63,962 bases of DNA, filler included, from Chiloscyllium plagiosum (GCF_004010195.1; 6 parts of one record of this genome joined end to end with filler, not necessarily neighbours in it), one strand, 5' to 3'. Shown: positions 24,057 through 37,401, numbered from the whole stretch's first letter. A program made the numbers and translations. The notes: generated by a model from the sequence alone, not told the origin.

Positions 24057-24672
24057 GGGAGAAAGTTAGGACTGCAAATGCTGGAGATCAGAGTCAAGAG
24101 TGTGCTGCTGGAAAAGCACAGCAGGTCAGGGGGTATCCAAGGAGCAGGAGAATCGATTTATCAGGCATAAGCCCTTGTGGGCCGGGCTGAGAGATAAATG
24201 GGCGGGGGGGTGGGGTTAGGGAAAAGGTAGCTGAGAATGCGATAGGTAGATGAAGGCGAAGGAGAAAGTGATAGGTCAGAGGGGGCAGTGATGGACAGGT
24301 CTGGAGTGTGGTGCTGAGTTGGAGGTTTGGGACTGGGATCATGTGGGGGAGGGGAAAAGAGGAAGCTGTTGAAATCCACATTGATCCCATGTGGCTGCAG
24401 GGTCACAAGGCGGAATATGAGGCATTCCTTCTCCAGGTGTCAAGTGGTAATGGTTTGGTGGTGGAGGAGGCCCAGGACCTGCATGTCCTTGATGGAGTGG
24501 GAGGGAGACTTGAAGTGTTCAGCCACGGGGTGGTGGGGTTGGTGGGTGTGGGTTTCCCAGAGATGTTCTCTGAAATGATCTGCAAGAAGACGTCCTGTCT
24601 CCTGATGTAGAGGAGACCACTACAGGTGCAATGGATGCAGTAGATGACAAATGCATAGGGGAATTGGCAGAC
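24057..24672 (-). mobile_element. PLE 3' fragment (decayed GIY-YIG endonuclease plus pLTR)
   Basis: VIYCIHCTCSGLLYI (GIY-YIG N-terminal motif) followed by a pyrimidine-rich UTR and the terminus. Confidence 0.85.
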
Positions 24673-26618
24673 CTTGAAGTGCAGGTCCAAAATCCTTGAG
24701 ATGGCAAGTCAGGTAGATAAATGGTAAAGAAGGTAAATTATATGCTTTCCTTCATTGGCCAAGGTATTGAATGCAAGAACAGAGATAAAATGCTACAACT
24801 ATAGAAGACGTTGTTTCGGCCACAGCTGAAATTGTGTACAGTTGTGGTTGCCACATTACAGGAAAGGCACAATTGCTGAGTACACAATTGTTGCCAGTAT
24901 TTGAGGCTCGCAGTTAGGAGAAATGATTGAAGGTTAATTTTGTCTTTGGCAGAGCAGAAGAGGCTGTGGGCTGACTTAATTTTTTTTATTGTTCATTACA
25001 GAAGGAGGCTGTCACTGGCCAGACAGCATTTATTGCCCACCCCCTAATTGTTTAGAGGGCAGTTAACAGTCAATCATATTGCTGTGGGTCTGGAGTCACA
25101 TGGAGGCTAGACAAGGTAAGGATGGTAGCTTCCTTCCCCGAAGGGCATTACTGATACCAGGCAGTTTTTTTTTTCCTGACAATCAACAACAAATTCATAG
25201 CCACATAGACTCTTAATTCCAGATTTTTATTGAATTCCAATCCCACCATCTCTCTCAGCAGGAAAGCCCAGGTCTCCAGAACATTGGTTGGGTCTCTGGA
25301 TTAACAATCCAGTGATAATACCACTAGGCCATCACCTCCTCTGTAAATGAGATGGACAAAACAATGTGAGATTTTGATAGAGTGGATAGGGAAGACACTT
25401 TCCTCTAATGGACAGATGAATTGCCAAGGAATATAGATTGAAGGTGATTGGTGGAATGGTTAATCAGGTAAACCTTTTTCACTGAGATGTTGATAGGTGT
25501 CTGGTTTGGTAGTTGAAGCAGAACCTTCAGCTACACCTGAAGTAGTGTAACCTCAAAGGTCCCCTTGTGGGATTGGTGTTGGTAGCTAATTTATTCTACC
25601 TCTGCAAACACAATGGACTAGAATGGCCTCTTTCTGTGCTGTACCTTTTCCATGATTCTATACTGTATCCACAATCTTACATAGCAGTATTGCAAATCCT
25701 ATGGCACAGAAATAAATTGTTTGACTTAACCAGTCTATGGACACCTTATCTTTCATCCTGTCAAACCAGCTCTATTCCTTTCTCTGTCAGATACCTGTCT
25801 ATCTCCCTCATAACTGCACCTATGATTCTTGGTTCATCTACAATCTATTTCTCTGTCAGGGCTAGTTTGTGGGGTTTTTTTTGGGGGGGGTGATTTTTGG
25901 TTATGTAGACAGGTTGGGGATATAGGGTCTGATCTCCTTGGAGAACAGAAGCCTGGGAGTTGTTCAAGATCATGAGTGCTGACAAAAGGGATAGAGAAAA
26001 ATTGTTCCTATTGGTGAAAAATAGCAGAAGCTCAAGGACACAGATTCTTGACAGACAAAAAAGAAGAAAGAATTAGCAAAATCTATTCAATGCAATTGTT
26101 AGAATCTGTGATACACTGTGTGAGGGTGTGGTGAGGACAGGTTCAATCAATACGGTCAAAAGAGAATCCAATCATTATCTGAAAAAGAAATTAAATGTTG
26201 CAGGGCTGTGGGGTAAAAGTGAGAGGTCGATAATTGGCAAATTGGGTTTGCAACAAAAAAAAACAATGGGGCAGTTTTCTGTGCTGCCACCGTACTGGTG
26301 GTAATGCAGCACACGCTGGTTAAAAACAGAAAGCGCTAGAGAAACAGCAGCTCTGACAGTATCTGAGGAACAAGAGTGAATGTTTGGAATCCAATGACAT
26401 CTTCGGAACTGTGGCAGGTCGTTGCTGCTGTGGGAATTACTAGATGCAGAATTAGGTTCTCGTACAAGCACGTACGGGAGTGCTGCAGCAGACTGCAGCC
26501 TGTTGATGGTTGCACCGAGCACCTTAGGATCGAAAAAGGGCGTGTTAGCTACAGCCTCGCTTAATATCTGCTGCACAGCGAAGTGGAAATTCCAGAGAAG
26601 GTTATTGGAGTGCAGACA

Positions 26619-26639
26619 AGCGCTCTCCAAGGTCCTGAA
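26619..26639 (-). promoter_or_regulatory. Second RE1/NRSE (REST-binding) motif within a CpG-retaining unique segment
   Basis: Reverse complement TTCAGGACCTTGGAGAGCGCT vs consensus TTCAGCACCACGGACAGCGCC. Confidence 0.7.
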
Positions 26640-27439
26640 AGGGCCTCTGAACGTCACACATCGACTTTGTCTGTTTCACTGTGTTGAGCCGTAAATTGTA
26701 TTTTCAACGGCCGAATTTAGACTCTCACTTTCTCCCCCAGGGCTCGGTACGGCTATTCCAGTGAACATTCAGCCGTGCAGACAAGAAAATATTTGAGTCT
26801 AAACTGATTTGATTGATATCAGTTGCTGCAATGGAATTGACACCCGGTACATTTTTTAAAAATTCGTTCTTGAGATGTGGGGGGGGGGGGGGGGGTTGAC
26901 GGCTATTCACAGCCCTACCTGACCCTGAGAAGATGATGGTTTTCCTTAACTGCCGGTCCTGTTAGGAAAGAAGTTTAGCAATTTTGACCCAGGGACAGTG
27001 AAGTAAGGTGATCTATTTATTAAGTGGTAACTCTTAGAATGTTGGTAGTGGAGGCATTCAGAGATGATAATGCCATTGACTGTCAAGAGAAAATAGTTAG
27101 ATTCTGTCTAACTATTGCCTGACATTGATGTGAAATGTTACTTACCACGTATCACCTCAGGTGTGAACCTTATTGAATGGTGGAGCACATTAGAGGGGCC
27201 AAATGATTTACGTTTGGTCTTATCTCACACGTTCATATGGTTTGCTATAAATGGACATGGGCTGCTTCTGTATCTGAGGAGTCATAAATTGTGCTGAACA
27301 TTGTGTAATATTCAGTGAATATCCCCACCTCTGACCTTGTGATAGATGGAAAGCCATCAAGTAAATACCTGAAAATTATTGAGGTTTGGGCAATATCAGG
27401 TTGAATGAATTACAACCGAGAGGCAAGAGTCCTTGATCA

Positions 27440-28765
27440 GTTTTAATGGGCACAAAATTGGATAAGCCTGCAGAAGTGTACCTCAGGTTGTTGTGGAATG
27501 CAAGTGAGGCGATTGTAGGGATGCTAACATTAGTTTTCAAATCTTTCCTGAACACAAGAGATGTATCAGAAGACTGGAGGATAAAGCCAGAGATCTGTGT
27601 GTTTAACATCATTGGCAGAGAGATCACTGTCAACACAATTCTGAGAGTAAGAATTAATCTCCAGCTGGAGGTGCAAGGATTAATTCATGAGAATAAGTGT
27701 GGCCTTCTCTCAGGAGGAGGGGACATCATACCTGACAGGTTTGATTGAACTTATTGATGAGGTGAGAAGATGTGCAGCTGGGGGTAATGCAGTGGATGCT
27801 GTCTACATGGACTCTAGTAAGGTTTTTGACAAGGTCTCACATTGGAATATGCTTGCGAGGTAAGAGCCCATGGGACCCAAGCCATTTTGGCAAATTGGAT
27901 CCAAAATTAACTTCATGGCAGAAAGCAGAGAATAATGGGCAAGGCTTATTTTTTTAGGACCGAGGGGCATACCATTGGGTTCATTGTAGTGTGTATTAAT
28001 GATCTAGGCATGAATGTAGGATATTTGACCACTAAGTTTGCAGATGGTACAAAAATTATCCTGTTGTTAGAACTTAAGATGAAAGCTTTAGACTCAGAAT
28101 AGTCTGGTCAAGTGGGCAGAATAATGGCCAATGGAATTTAGTCCTGTGAAGTGTAAGGGGATGCATTTTGGGAGGGCTAACAGGGTAAGGGAATACAGAA
28201 ATGGTTGGATGCTAGGAAGTACAGATGATCAGAGGGACCTTGATGTGCATGTCCATTGATCCGTGAAGGCAACAAGACAGGTTGATGTGGTGAGGTAAAA
28301 ACAATGACTGCAGATGCTGGAAACCAGATTCTGGATCAGTGGTGCTGGAGGTTGATGTGGTGATCAGGAGGGGAAAGTCAGGAGTGCAGATGCTGGAGAT
28401 CAGAGTCAAAGAGTGTGGTGCTGGAAAAGCACAGCCGGTCAGGCAGCATTCGAGGAGCAGGAAAATTGACATTTCAGCACAAGCCCTTAATCAGGAAAAC
28501 ATTTGGAATACTTGCCTTTATCATTCAAAGCATTGAATACTAGAGCAGGGATAAAGTGAGGGCTGCAGATGCTGGAGATCAGAGCTGAAAATGTGTTGCT
28601 GGAAAAGCGCAGCAGGTCAGGCAGCATCCAAAGAACAGGAGAATCGACGTTTCGGGCATAAGCCCTTCTTCGGGAAGGGCTACGAGAGCAGGGAGCCAAT
28701 GTTAGGTTTGTATAAGACATTACTTAGGTAGTTCAGGCCATCACAGTTTAGGAAGGATGCGATAC
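27440..28765 (+). mobile_element. Old, decayed CR1 RT fragment carrying three PLE terminal insertions (28294-28684)
   Basis: Remnants TACATGGAC...AAGGTTTTTGACAAGGT and AAGTTTGCAGATGGTACAAAA; TSDs AGGTTGATGTGGTGA and AGAGCAGGGA. Confidence 0.8.
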
Positions 28766-29579
28766 GCTGTGGAGAAATGGGAGCTGATGAATTTACTGAG
28801 AGTGGAACAAAGGAAGCATTTCAAAGATCATCTCAAAGCCTCCAAAAACATTTACTCAAGGTATATCTCAACAGATATACCTTATGCCTGTCTTCACAGA
28901 GGAAGACCCAAGACATGTCTCTGGAATAATTAAAATCCAACGATAGATCCATTAATGACCATCTTTCAGAATTCAATTAATCCTGCAATGATGCCTCTAA
29001 TTTTGAAGGTTGCCCCAGAAAGTGGAGGAAGAGAGAAAACAGGAAACTACAGACCTGTCAGTAATAGGGAATTTATTAGAATCTACTATAATGGATGTGA
29101 TTATTCGATATTTATAAAATAAAGGTGAAATTGGACAGCAGCATCATAGATATATGGAGAATGAATTGTTTGACAAACCTTTTCATGTTTTTTGAGGGCA
29201 TTACCTATAGTTGATCAGGGGAACTGGTGGATGTGGTGTTTTTTGGGTTTTTGGAAGGCTTTTTACAAAATCCTACATGGGAGGCTAGTAAACAAAATTA
29301 TAACGCATGGTTTTGAGAATGTATATTTCCAATGATGAATTTGTTCCTTTTAGTTTTTGAGGGTCCTGATTCCTTTAGAGACATAGAAAATAGGAAAAGA
29401 AGTAGGCCATTCAGCCCTTTGAGCCTGCTCCACCATTCAATATGATCATCCAACTCAGTCCCCTTTTCCTGCTTTCCTCTATATCCTTTGATCCCTTTAG
29501 CACTCAGAAACATCTAACTCCTTCCTGAAGACATTCAGTGACTTGGCCACAACCACTGTCTTTGGCAGAGAAATCCACA

Positions 29580-30000
29580 TTGAATGCCTCGTCTTCTACC
29601 TCAGGACCCTCCAATCCCAGGGCATCGATGTGGATTTCACCAGTTTCCTCATTTCTCCTCCCCCCACCTTCCCCCAGTTCTAACCTTCCAGCTCAGTACC
29701 ACCATCATGACCTGTCCTACCTGTCCATCTTCCTTCCCACCTATCTGCACCACTCTCCTCTCTGACCTATCACAATTACCCCCACCTCCATCCACCTATC
29801 ACACTCTCAACTACCTTTCCCCCAGCCCCACCCCACTCCCATTTATCTCTCCACCCCCGAGGCTCTCAGTCTCATTCCTGATGAAGGGTTTTTGCCCAAA
29901 ACATCGATTCTCCTGTTCCTCGGATACTGCCTAACCTGCTGTGCTTTTTCAGCACTACACTTTTGACTCTAATCTCCAGCATCTGCAGTACTCACTTTCA
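29580..30000 (+). mobile_element. PLE 3' fragment (GIY-YIG end, UTR, decayed hammerhead) inserted in a CR1 3' end
   Basis: CUGAUGA-A-GGGU-UUUU-GCCC-AAAACAUC at about 29878-29905 (G12 mutated); imperfect TSD AGAGAAATCCACA/AGAGAGTTCCACA. Confidence 0.8.
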
Positions 30001-30085
30001 TAAAGAGAGTTCCACAGGGTCACTATTGTCTGGGTGAGAATGTCTTCCTCAAAGTCAGCAAAAAGGAACTGGCCATCAACTTCAG

Positions 30086-30825
30086 AAAGGCAGAAGTGAG
30101 GACTGCAGATGCTGGAAACCAGAGTTTAGATCAGAGTGATGCTGGGAAAGCACAGCAGGTCAGGCAGCATCCAAGGAGCAGGAAAATTGATGTTTCGGGC
30201 AAAAGCCCTTCATCAGGAATGGAGGCAGGGAGCCTCCAGGTTGGAGAGATAGGTGGGGGGGTGCCCTGGGGTTGAAGTTTTCTGAGGTGGAAGATGAGGC
30301 ATTCTTCCTCCAGGTGAGGGGTAGTGAGGGACCCAACGCCCCGTGGCCCAACATTTCAACTCCTCCTCCCACTCTGCCAAGGTCCTGGGCCTCCTCCACC
30401 GCCGCTCCCTCACCATCTGACGCCTGGAAAAAGAACGCCTCATCTTCTGCCTCGGAACACTTCAACCCCAGGGCATCAATGTGGACTTCACCAGTTTCCT
30501 CATTTCCCTCTCCCCCACCTTACCTCAGCTCCAACCTTCCAGCTCAGCACTGACCTCATGACCTTTCCTACCTGCCAATTTCCCTTCTCACCTATCCAGT
30601 CCACCCTCTCCATGACCTATCACCTCCATCCCCACCCCCATTCACCCATTGTACTCTTTGCTACCTTCTCCCCAGCCCCACACCCACCTCCCCGCTTATC
30701 TCTCCACCCCAGAGGCTCCCTGCCTCCATTCCTGATGAAGGGCTTTTGCCCGAAATGTCAATTATCCTGCTCCTTGGATGCTGCATGACCTGCTGTGCTT
30801 TTCCAGCAACACTCTAATCTAAACT
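30086..30825. mobile_element. PLE with 5' inverted pLTR and two oppositely oriented hammerhead motifs (about 30185-30220 minus, 30728-30763 plus)
   Basis: TSD CATCAAC(T/C)TCAG at 30074-30085 and 30826-30837; both ends contain CUGAUGA-A-GGGC-UUUU-GCCC-GAAA. Confidence 0.88.
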
Positions 30826-31550
30826 CATCAACCTCAGGAAGCAGAGTGGTGGACACGCCCCTCTCTGTATCAATGGTGCTGAGGTGGACATGGTCGAGAG
30901 CTCCAAGTTCCTTGGATTAAACATCACCAACAATCTGTCCTGGTCTATTCACTTTAACACAACAATCAAGAAAGCAGACCAATGCCTCTGCTTCCTCAGA
31001 ATGCTAAGGAGATTCGGCATGTCCACAGTGACTGTTAACAAGTTTTATAAATGCACCTTGGAAAGCATCCTATTCAGATGATCACAGTGTGATATGGCAA
31101 CTGCTCTGCCCAAGACCACATGAAATTACAGAGAGTTGTGAAACACAGCCCAGTCCATCACACAAACCAGCCTTCCATCCATTGACTCTGTCTACACTTC
31201 CTGCTGCCTTGGAAAAGCAGCCAATATAATCAAAGACCTCTCCCACCCAATTACACTGTATATTTTCTTCCATCCTCTTCCGTTGGGCAGAAGATGCAAA
31301 ATTTTGAGAACACCTACCAACAGATTCAAGAACAGCTTCTTCCCTGCTGTTATCAGCCTTATGAATGGGCCTCTCATATATGAGAGTTGATCTTTCTCTA
31401 CACCTTCTCTGTAGCTGTGACCTTATATTCTGCATTCTGTTCTATTACCCTGATGTAATAACGTAAGGTATGATTTGTCTGGATAGCATACAAAACAATA
31501 CTTTTCACTGTATCACAGTTCATGTGACAATACTAAAATCAAATGGAATC
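30826..31550 (+). mobile_element. Rex1/Babar-type LINE 3' fragment (begins at about 30055, split by the PLE)
   Basis: VESSKFLGLNITNNLSWSIH...KKADQCLCFLRMLRRFG...FYKCTLESIL; AGATTCAAGAACAGCTTCTTCCC (RFKNSFFP). Confidence 0.8.
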
Positions 31551-32817
31551 ATCTACGTCTTAAATGGCCTCTCCCATAAGCTTGCACTGTGGCTCCTGGT
31601 TCCGACGCTATGAATCACCATTTTGAAGTTGGGGTTATGACGACATTACTCTAGTACTGGTTTTCACGTCCAAGGGAGGTTGTGGCTAATCTCACAGTTT
31701 GTTTTATCATCTCATCAGAAGGATTTCACCTCTAACAATGTAGCCTCCCTTAGTAACACACTGCAGTTAAATCATATACAGAAGCCTCTGCAATGGGTTA
31801 TAAAATGCAGAAGCATCAAAATTACCACCGACAGCCAACACAGAAGTTATCCTTAGATTCTGGCTGGCATTCTTTCTTAACCTAATTCTTCTGAAGTTAG
31901 GTTACCTTGGCATTCATACGATTACTGACAGCGAAATATTGTTTTTTTGCCAAAGGAAGCTGAGGAAACTGCTGGTCTATTGGTAACATGGCTGACCTAG
32001 TTAACTCAGAGATTGAGGCTAGTGTTCTGGGGATGTCGGTTCAAATCTCCATTGGAATTTAGATGTAATTAATTAATAAAACCATGACAACACTTGTCAA
32101 TTGTTATAAGAGCTCCTTTTGTTCATTAGCGCCCTTCAGTGAAGAAAATCTGCTCTCCTTAGTCTGACCTACATGTAACTCCAGACCCCCAGTAATGACT
32201 CTTAACTTCCCTCTGAAACCATCTAGCAAGCTGTACCATTCAAGAGCAATTAGGGACTGGCAGCAAAGGCTGGTCTTGTGGGGAAGCAACACCCACATCT
32301 TATGAAAGAATGTAAAACAAACCTCCTTCACCAACCTGTTTTGTTCATACAGAAAGCCTGTTTGCCTATGCAACAGAAAACACCATATTAAAATAAAATT
32401 AAATGTTAATCACTTTGAGAGGACGCTTGTGCTGCAGTGGTAGTGCCCCTACCTCTGAGTCAAAAGGCCCTAGTTTCAAACCCTACTTACTCCAGAGGTT
32501 TTGTTTATTCTTCCACAGGATGAGGATGTCTCTGTCTAGGCTAACATTTATTGCCCATTCTTAATTGCCCAGAGGACTTTATGCTCTGGGTCTAGAGTCA
32601 CATGTGGAACCAAAGAGGTAAAGATGGTGGTTTCCTTCTCTGGATGGGTTTTTGCAGCAATGGATTCATGGTCATTATAAGACTTTTTAAAAATTGAATT
32701 CAAATCTGCCATGGTGGGATTTGAATCCCAGAAACATTTCCTGGATCTCTGGATGAACAGTCCAGCAATAATAGCTCTAAGTCATGAAAATATTTAGAAA
32801 GTATGTTGGCTAATACT

Positions 32818-33575
32818 GAGATTCTGGATTAGTGGTGCTGGAAGAGCACAGCAATTCAGGCAGCATCCGAGGAGCAGGAAAATCGACGTTTCGGGCAAAA
32901 GCCCTTCATCAGGAATACAGGCAGAGAGCCTGAAGGGTGGAGAGATAAGCTACAGGAGGGTGGGGGTGGNNNNNNNNNNNNNNNNNNNNNNNNNNNNNNN
33001 NNNNNNNNNNNNNNNNNNNNNNNNNNNNNNNNNNNNNNNNNNNNNNNNNNNNNNNNNNNNNNNNNNNNNNNNNNNNNNNNNNNNNNNNNNNNNNNNNNNN
33101 NNNNNNNNNNNNNNNNNNNNNNNNNNNNNNNNNNNNNNNNNNNNNNNNNNNNNNNNNNNNNNNNNNNNNNNNNNNNNNNNNNNNNNNNNNNNNNNNNNNN
33201 NNNNNNNNNNNNNNNNNNNNNNNNNNNNNNNNNNNNNNNNNNNNNNNNNNNNNNNNNNNNNNNNNNNNNNNNNNNNNNNNNNNNNNNNNNNNNNNNNNNN
33301 NNNNNNNNNNNNNNNNNNNNNNNNNNNNNNNNNNNNNNNNNNNNNNNNNNNNNNNNNNNNNNTGGGGGGGCGTGGACCTGACCAGGTAGTCACGGAGGGA
33401 ACGGTCTTTGCGGAAAGCGGAAAGGGGTGGGGAGGGAAATATATCCCTGGTGGTGGGGTCTTTTTGGAGGTGGCGGAAATGTCAACGGATGATTTGGTTT
33501 ATGCGAAGGTTGGTAGGGTGGAAGGTGAGCACCAGGGGCGTTCTGTCCTTGTTCCGGTTGGAGGGGTGGGGTCTG
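32818..33575 (-). mobile_element. PLE fragment spanning N-gap 32970-33362
   Basis: pLTR on the left and PLE ORF linker sequence (...TTCCGCAAAGACCGTTCCCTCCGTGACTACCTGGTCAGG on minus) on the right. Confidence 0.8.
32881..32916 (-). ncRNA. Intact minimal type I hammerhead ribozyme motif (family A)
   Basis: AUUC-CUGAUGA-A-GGGC-UUUU-GCCC-GAA-ACGU-C-GAUU: full catalytic core, 4-bp helix II, palindromic ACGU helix III, GUC cleavage triplet. Confidence 0.8.
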
Positions 33576-34219
33576 AGATGTTAGGCAATGTTATATAAAT
33601 ACAATCACTTTCTTGAATCAGCAAAGCAGTCATCATCTACGTAAAAAGGAATACTTAATTTGTGAAGTTGGTTTTGTTTACCTTGGATTGATAAAATGGA
33701 TTTTTCGTCAAAGCTTTGAAAGCCTGAATGTCAATTTCAATTCTAAACAAATTGAACATTGCCTTTGATTAATAACAGCCTTTTGAAGTATCCATATTTT
33801 TAGAATACGTATACAAATAATTGAAATGAAATCATTATCATTGCGTTCCTAATATTGTCAGTATATGACTAGCCACCAGATCTGAAAACAACAGGGAGCT
33901 ATTTATTTGTGTTTTGAATTACAATGTGAACTGGCATTTTCACTCTCGGGGGCCCCTTCTAGTCTGTCTTAAACAAAGTGCTTTTAAAAATAGGAAGGTC
34001 AGCTTTTAAAAATGTTGATGGCTTTCCTCCTACTCAAGTATAGGCTGACATTAAAACAAAAAAAAACATTTCGATGTGTAGGTGTAGCTGGCCGTCCCTG
34101 GCTAGGGGCTGGTACTGAGTTGCATTATTGTAGCATTTGATTATCGCCAAGTGGCTCACAAGGTCGAATAGACAAGCCCAACATATCGCTGCCCCTAAAG
34201 AAGATCAGTGAATTCAGTT

Positions 34220-35047
34220 CATAGAGTCATAGAGATGTACAGCACGGAAACAGACCCTTCAGTCCAACCTGTCCGTGCCAACCAGATATTCTAGCCTAAT
34301 CTAGTCCCATTTGCCAGCACTTGGCCCATATCCCTCTAAACCCTTCCTATTCATATACCCATCCAGATGCCTTTTAAATGTTGTAATTGTACCAGCCTCC
34401 ACCACTTCCTCTGGCAGCTCATTCCATACACACACCGCCCTCTGCGCGGAACAATTGCCCCTTAGGTCTCTTTTATATTTTTCCCCTCTCACCCTAAACC
34501 TATGCCCTCTAGTTCTGGACTCCCCCACCCAAGGGAAAAGACCTTGTCTATTTATCCTATCCATGCCCCTCGTGATTTTATAAACCTCTATAAGGTCACC
34601 CACAGCCTTCAATGCTCCAGGGAAAACAGCCCCGGCCTATTCAGCCTCTCCCTATAACTCAAACCCTCCAACCCTGGCAATATCTTTGAAAATCTTTTCT
34701 AAACCCTTTCAAGTTTCACAATATTCTTCCTATAGGAGGGAGACCAGAATTGCATGCAATATTCCAAACGTGGCCTGTACAGCTGCAACATGACCTCCCA
34801 ACTCCTATAATCAATGCTCAAACCAATAAAGGAAAGCATATCAAATGCCTTCTTCACTATCCTATCTACCTGTGACTTAATTTTCAAGAAAAGATGAACC
34901 TGGGCCCCAAGGTCTCTTTGTTCAACAACAACTCCCTAGGACCTTACCAATAAGTGTATAAGTCCTGCTTTGAATAGCCTTTCCAAAATGCAGCACCTCA
35001 CATTTATCTGCCACTCCTCAGCCCATTGGCCTATCTGATCAAGATCC
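34220..35047 (-). mobile_element. CR1 LINE 3' fragment
   Basis: ORFs 34699-34887 and 34301-34612. Confidence 0.93.
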
Positions 35048-36944
35048 ATAAAATGGTTACATAAAGGGTGGGGGTCATTCAGTCCACTATGAGCTTGCTA
35101 GCTCTCTGTAGGTCAACCCAGTCAGTGCCACCACCACTCCTTTACCTATAACCTTGCATTTATTTTTCTCTTCCAGAAATGCCTTAATGAAAGCCATGTT
35201 TCAACCTGCCTCTGTCAATCTTTTCAGACAGTGCATTCCAAGCCATATTAACTCTGAATTATAAAACAATTCTCCCCCATTTTGCTTTCAGTTCTTTTTC
35301 AGACCAACATAAACCAGTGATCTTCCACTCTCAATCCCTCTGCCAAAGGAAAAACTTTTCTTCAACTATTTCTTTTAAACTCTTCTTGACGTTGAGTGCC
35401 TCAGCTATGTTCCCACTTGCCCTTCTTCAATCAAAGTCCTGGCTTCTCCCAACCTCACAATGTCACTTGAGTTTTTCTTTTAACCACAATGTCATGGCTA
35501 GTTTCAGTTCCACAGCTGATTGAATTCCTAACCACACAAGCTGGAGTCTCAAGCTGGAGATTACAAGCCAGTGTTGCATGTGCTTTTGGCGAAAAGGCGA
35601 TGTGAAACAGGATGAGTTCCCAAATCACCACCCACTTCAAGCTGACAACCAAAGGATTGAGCAAGAGCCAAAGTCAACAACCCATTCATCATATTTAAAT
35701 CAATAATTAGTGGTCTATTGAAACTGGTGAAACCTCAATGGCCCCAATATTAATCACTCCATAATGTAGTTGGCAGGGGCAGCCTGTTTTATCAACAATG
35801 TTTTTAATAGAGCATTCATGGAGGTATTCGATGGTCCAATTTGCCAGCACTTGGCCCATATCCCTCCAACCCTTACTATTCATATACCCATCCAGATGCC
35901 TTTGAAATGCTGAAATTGCACCAGCCTCCACCAGTGTTTACATGGATATGGGGGTAAGACAGAAGGTTGGCACTAAGTAGTAGAACCACTGCAGACACAA
36001 TGGGCTGAATAGCCTCCTTCTGCATTATATCACTGATCTGATTCTGTGAACTGACCAAGCTGTTCAAGACCATGAGAGGTCTGGGCAGAGTATGTCCAGC
36101 GAAGCTTTTCCCATTGAGAGAAGGATCAAGATTCAGAGAAGTACTTGTCAAAAGAAGGTATGGAGCTTTGAGGAGAAAACATTCTATGCAGTAAATGGTT
36201 CGGATCTGGAATGTACTGTCTGACAGTGTGGTGGAGGCAGAGTCTGAAAAGGAAGAGGAGAAAAGGCAGAGAGTGGCACACAACAAATTGCTCAATTCAG
36301 TGAGCTGGCACAGATTTGATGGACTGAATGGCCTCCTTTTGCACTGTAACCATTCTGTGAGCAACTCCTCAGGTTACTGAGTGTGGAATGGCAAGAGCTG
36401 TGTTGAAGGTTTCCTTGGTTTCAGCAAAGTGTCTAACCACAGAATCTTTTGTTTTAGTTAATGCACGGGATGTTGGCACTCTGGAATATTTACTGCCCTT
36501 TCCCTAATTGCTTGGAAGATAGGAAAGATGCTGTGGGTCTGGAGTCAAATGTTGGGATGGCAGAGTTCCTTCCCTAAAGGATGCAGATGGATTTTAAGAA
36601 CAATCATTTCGTGATCCCCATTAGGCTGGCATTTGGCTTAGTTTCAGAGTTTTACTGAAACTGCTTACTTGCTTTGGGGAATTTAAGCTCATGGTTGGAG
36701 ATCATTGACTTGAGGTTCTAAATTTCTAAACAAGTGACATTCCCATGATGACACCAACTCCCCTAAATCATAGAACCTGAAAGCACAGGCATTTGGCCCA
36801 TTCATGCTTATTAGAGCTGAATGAAAAAGCAAACCCAACTGTATTCCTGCAATAAGCTTGTTTAAGTACAAGTCCATTGGTCTTTTGAAAATTCTGAATA
36901 AATCTGATTTCACCATCCTTCACAGCTATGATTTGGAAGAGCCA

Positions 36945-37122
36945 GAGTTGGACTGGGGTGGACAAAGTTAAAAATCATACAATGCCAGGTTACAGTCCAA
37001 CACGTTTATTTGGAGGCACTAGTTTTCGGAGTTGTCACCAAGTGAAGGAGCAGCACTTTGAGAGCTAGTGCCTCCAAATAGACCTACTGGACTATAACCT
37101 GATGTTGGGTGATTTTTAATTT
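36945..37122. mobile_element. Inverted pair of PLE termini (family D), decayed
   Basis: AAAAATCA...CCAGGTTACAGTCCAA...TTTGGAGGCACTAG mirrored by CTAGTGCCTCCAAATA...GGACTATAACCTG...TGATTTTTAA; same family as 56601-56790. Confidence 0.65.
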
Positions 37123-37401
37123 TTCAGCTATGTTTCTGAAACTTTGACAAGCACCTTTGTGAAGATTAGGGATAGTCAACATGGCTTTGTGCGTGGGAAA
37201 TCATGCCTCACAAACTTGATTGAGTTTTTTGAAGAAGTAACAAAGAGGATTGATAAGGGCAGAGTGGTAGATGTGATCTATATGGACTTCAGTAAGGCAT
37301 TNNNNNNNNNNNNNNNNNNNNNNNNNNNNNNNNNNNNNNNNNNNNTTAATTAATTAANNNNNNNNNNNNNNNNNNNNNNNNNNNNNNNNNNNNNNNNNNN
37401 N

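Noticed and set aside
26175..26694. 160-aa (-) and 90-aa (+) ORFs in the CpG-rich segment
   Set aside because: Non-ATG starts, no recognisable family and no coherent splice structure.
26680..26715. Possible miR-375 (a syntenic neighbour of CDK5R2) suggested by GTTGAGCC and a short GCCGT/ACGGC stem
   Set aside because: The mature sequence TTTGTTCGTTCGGCTCGCG is absent and the stem is too short for a pre-miRNA.
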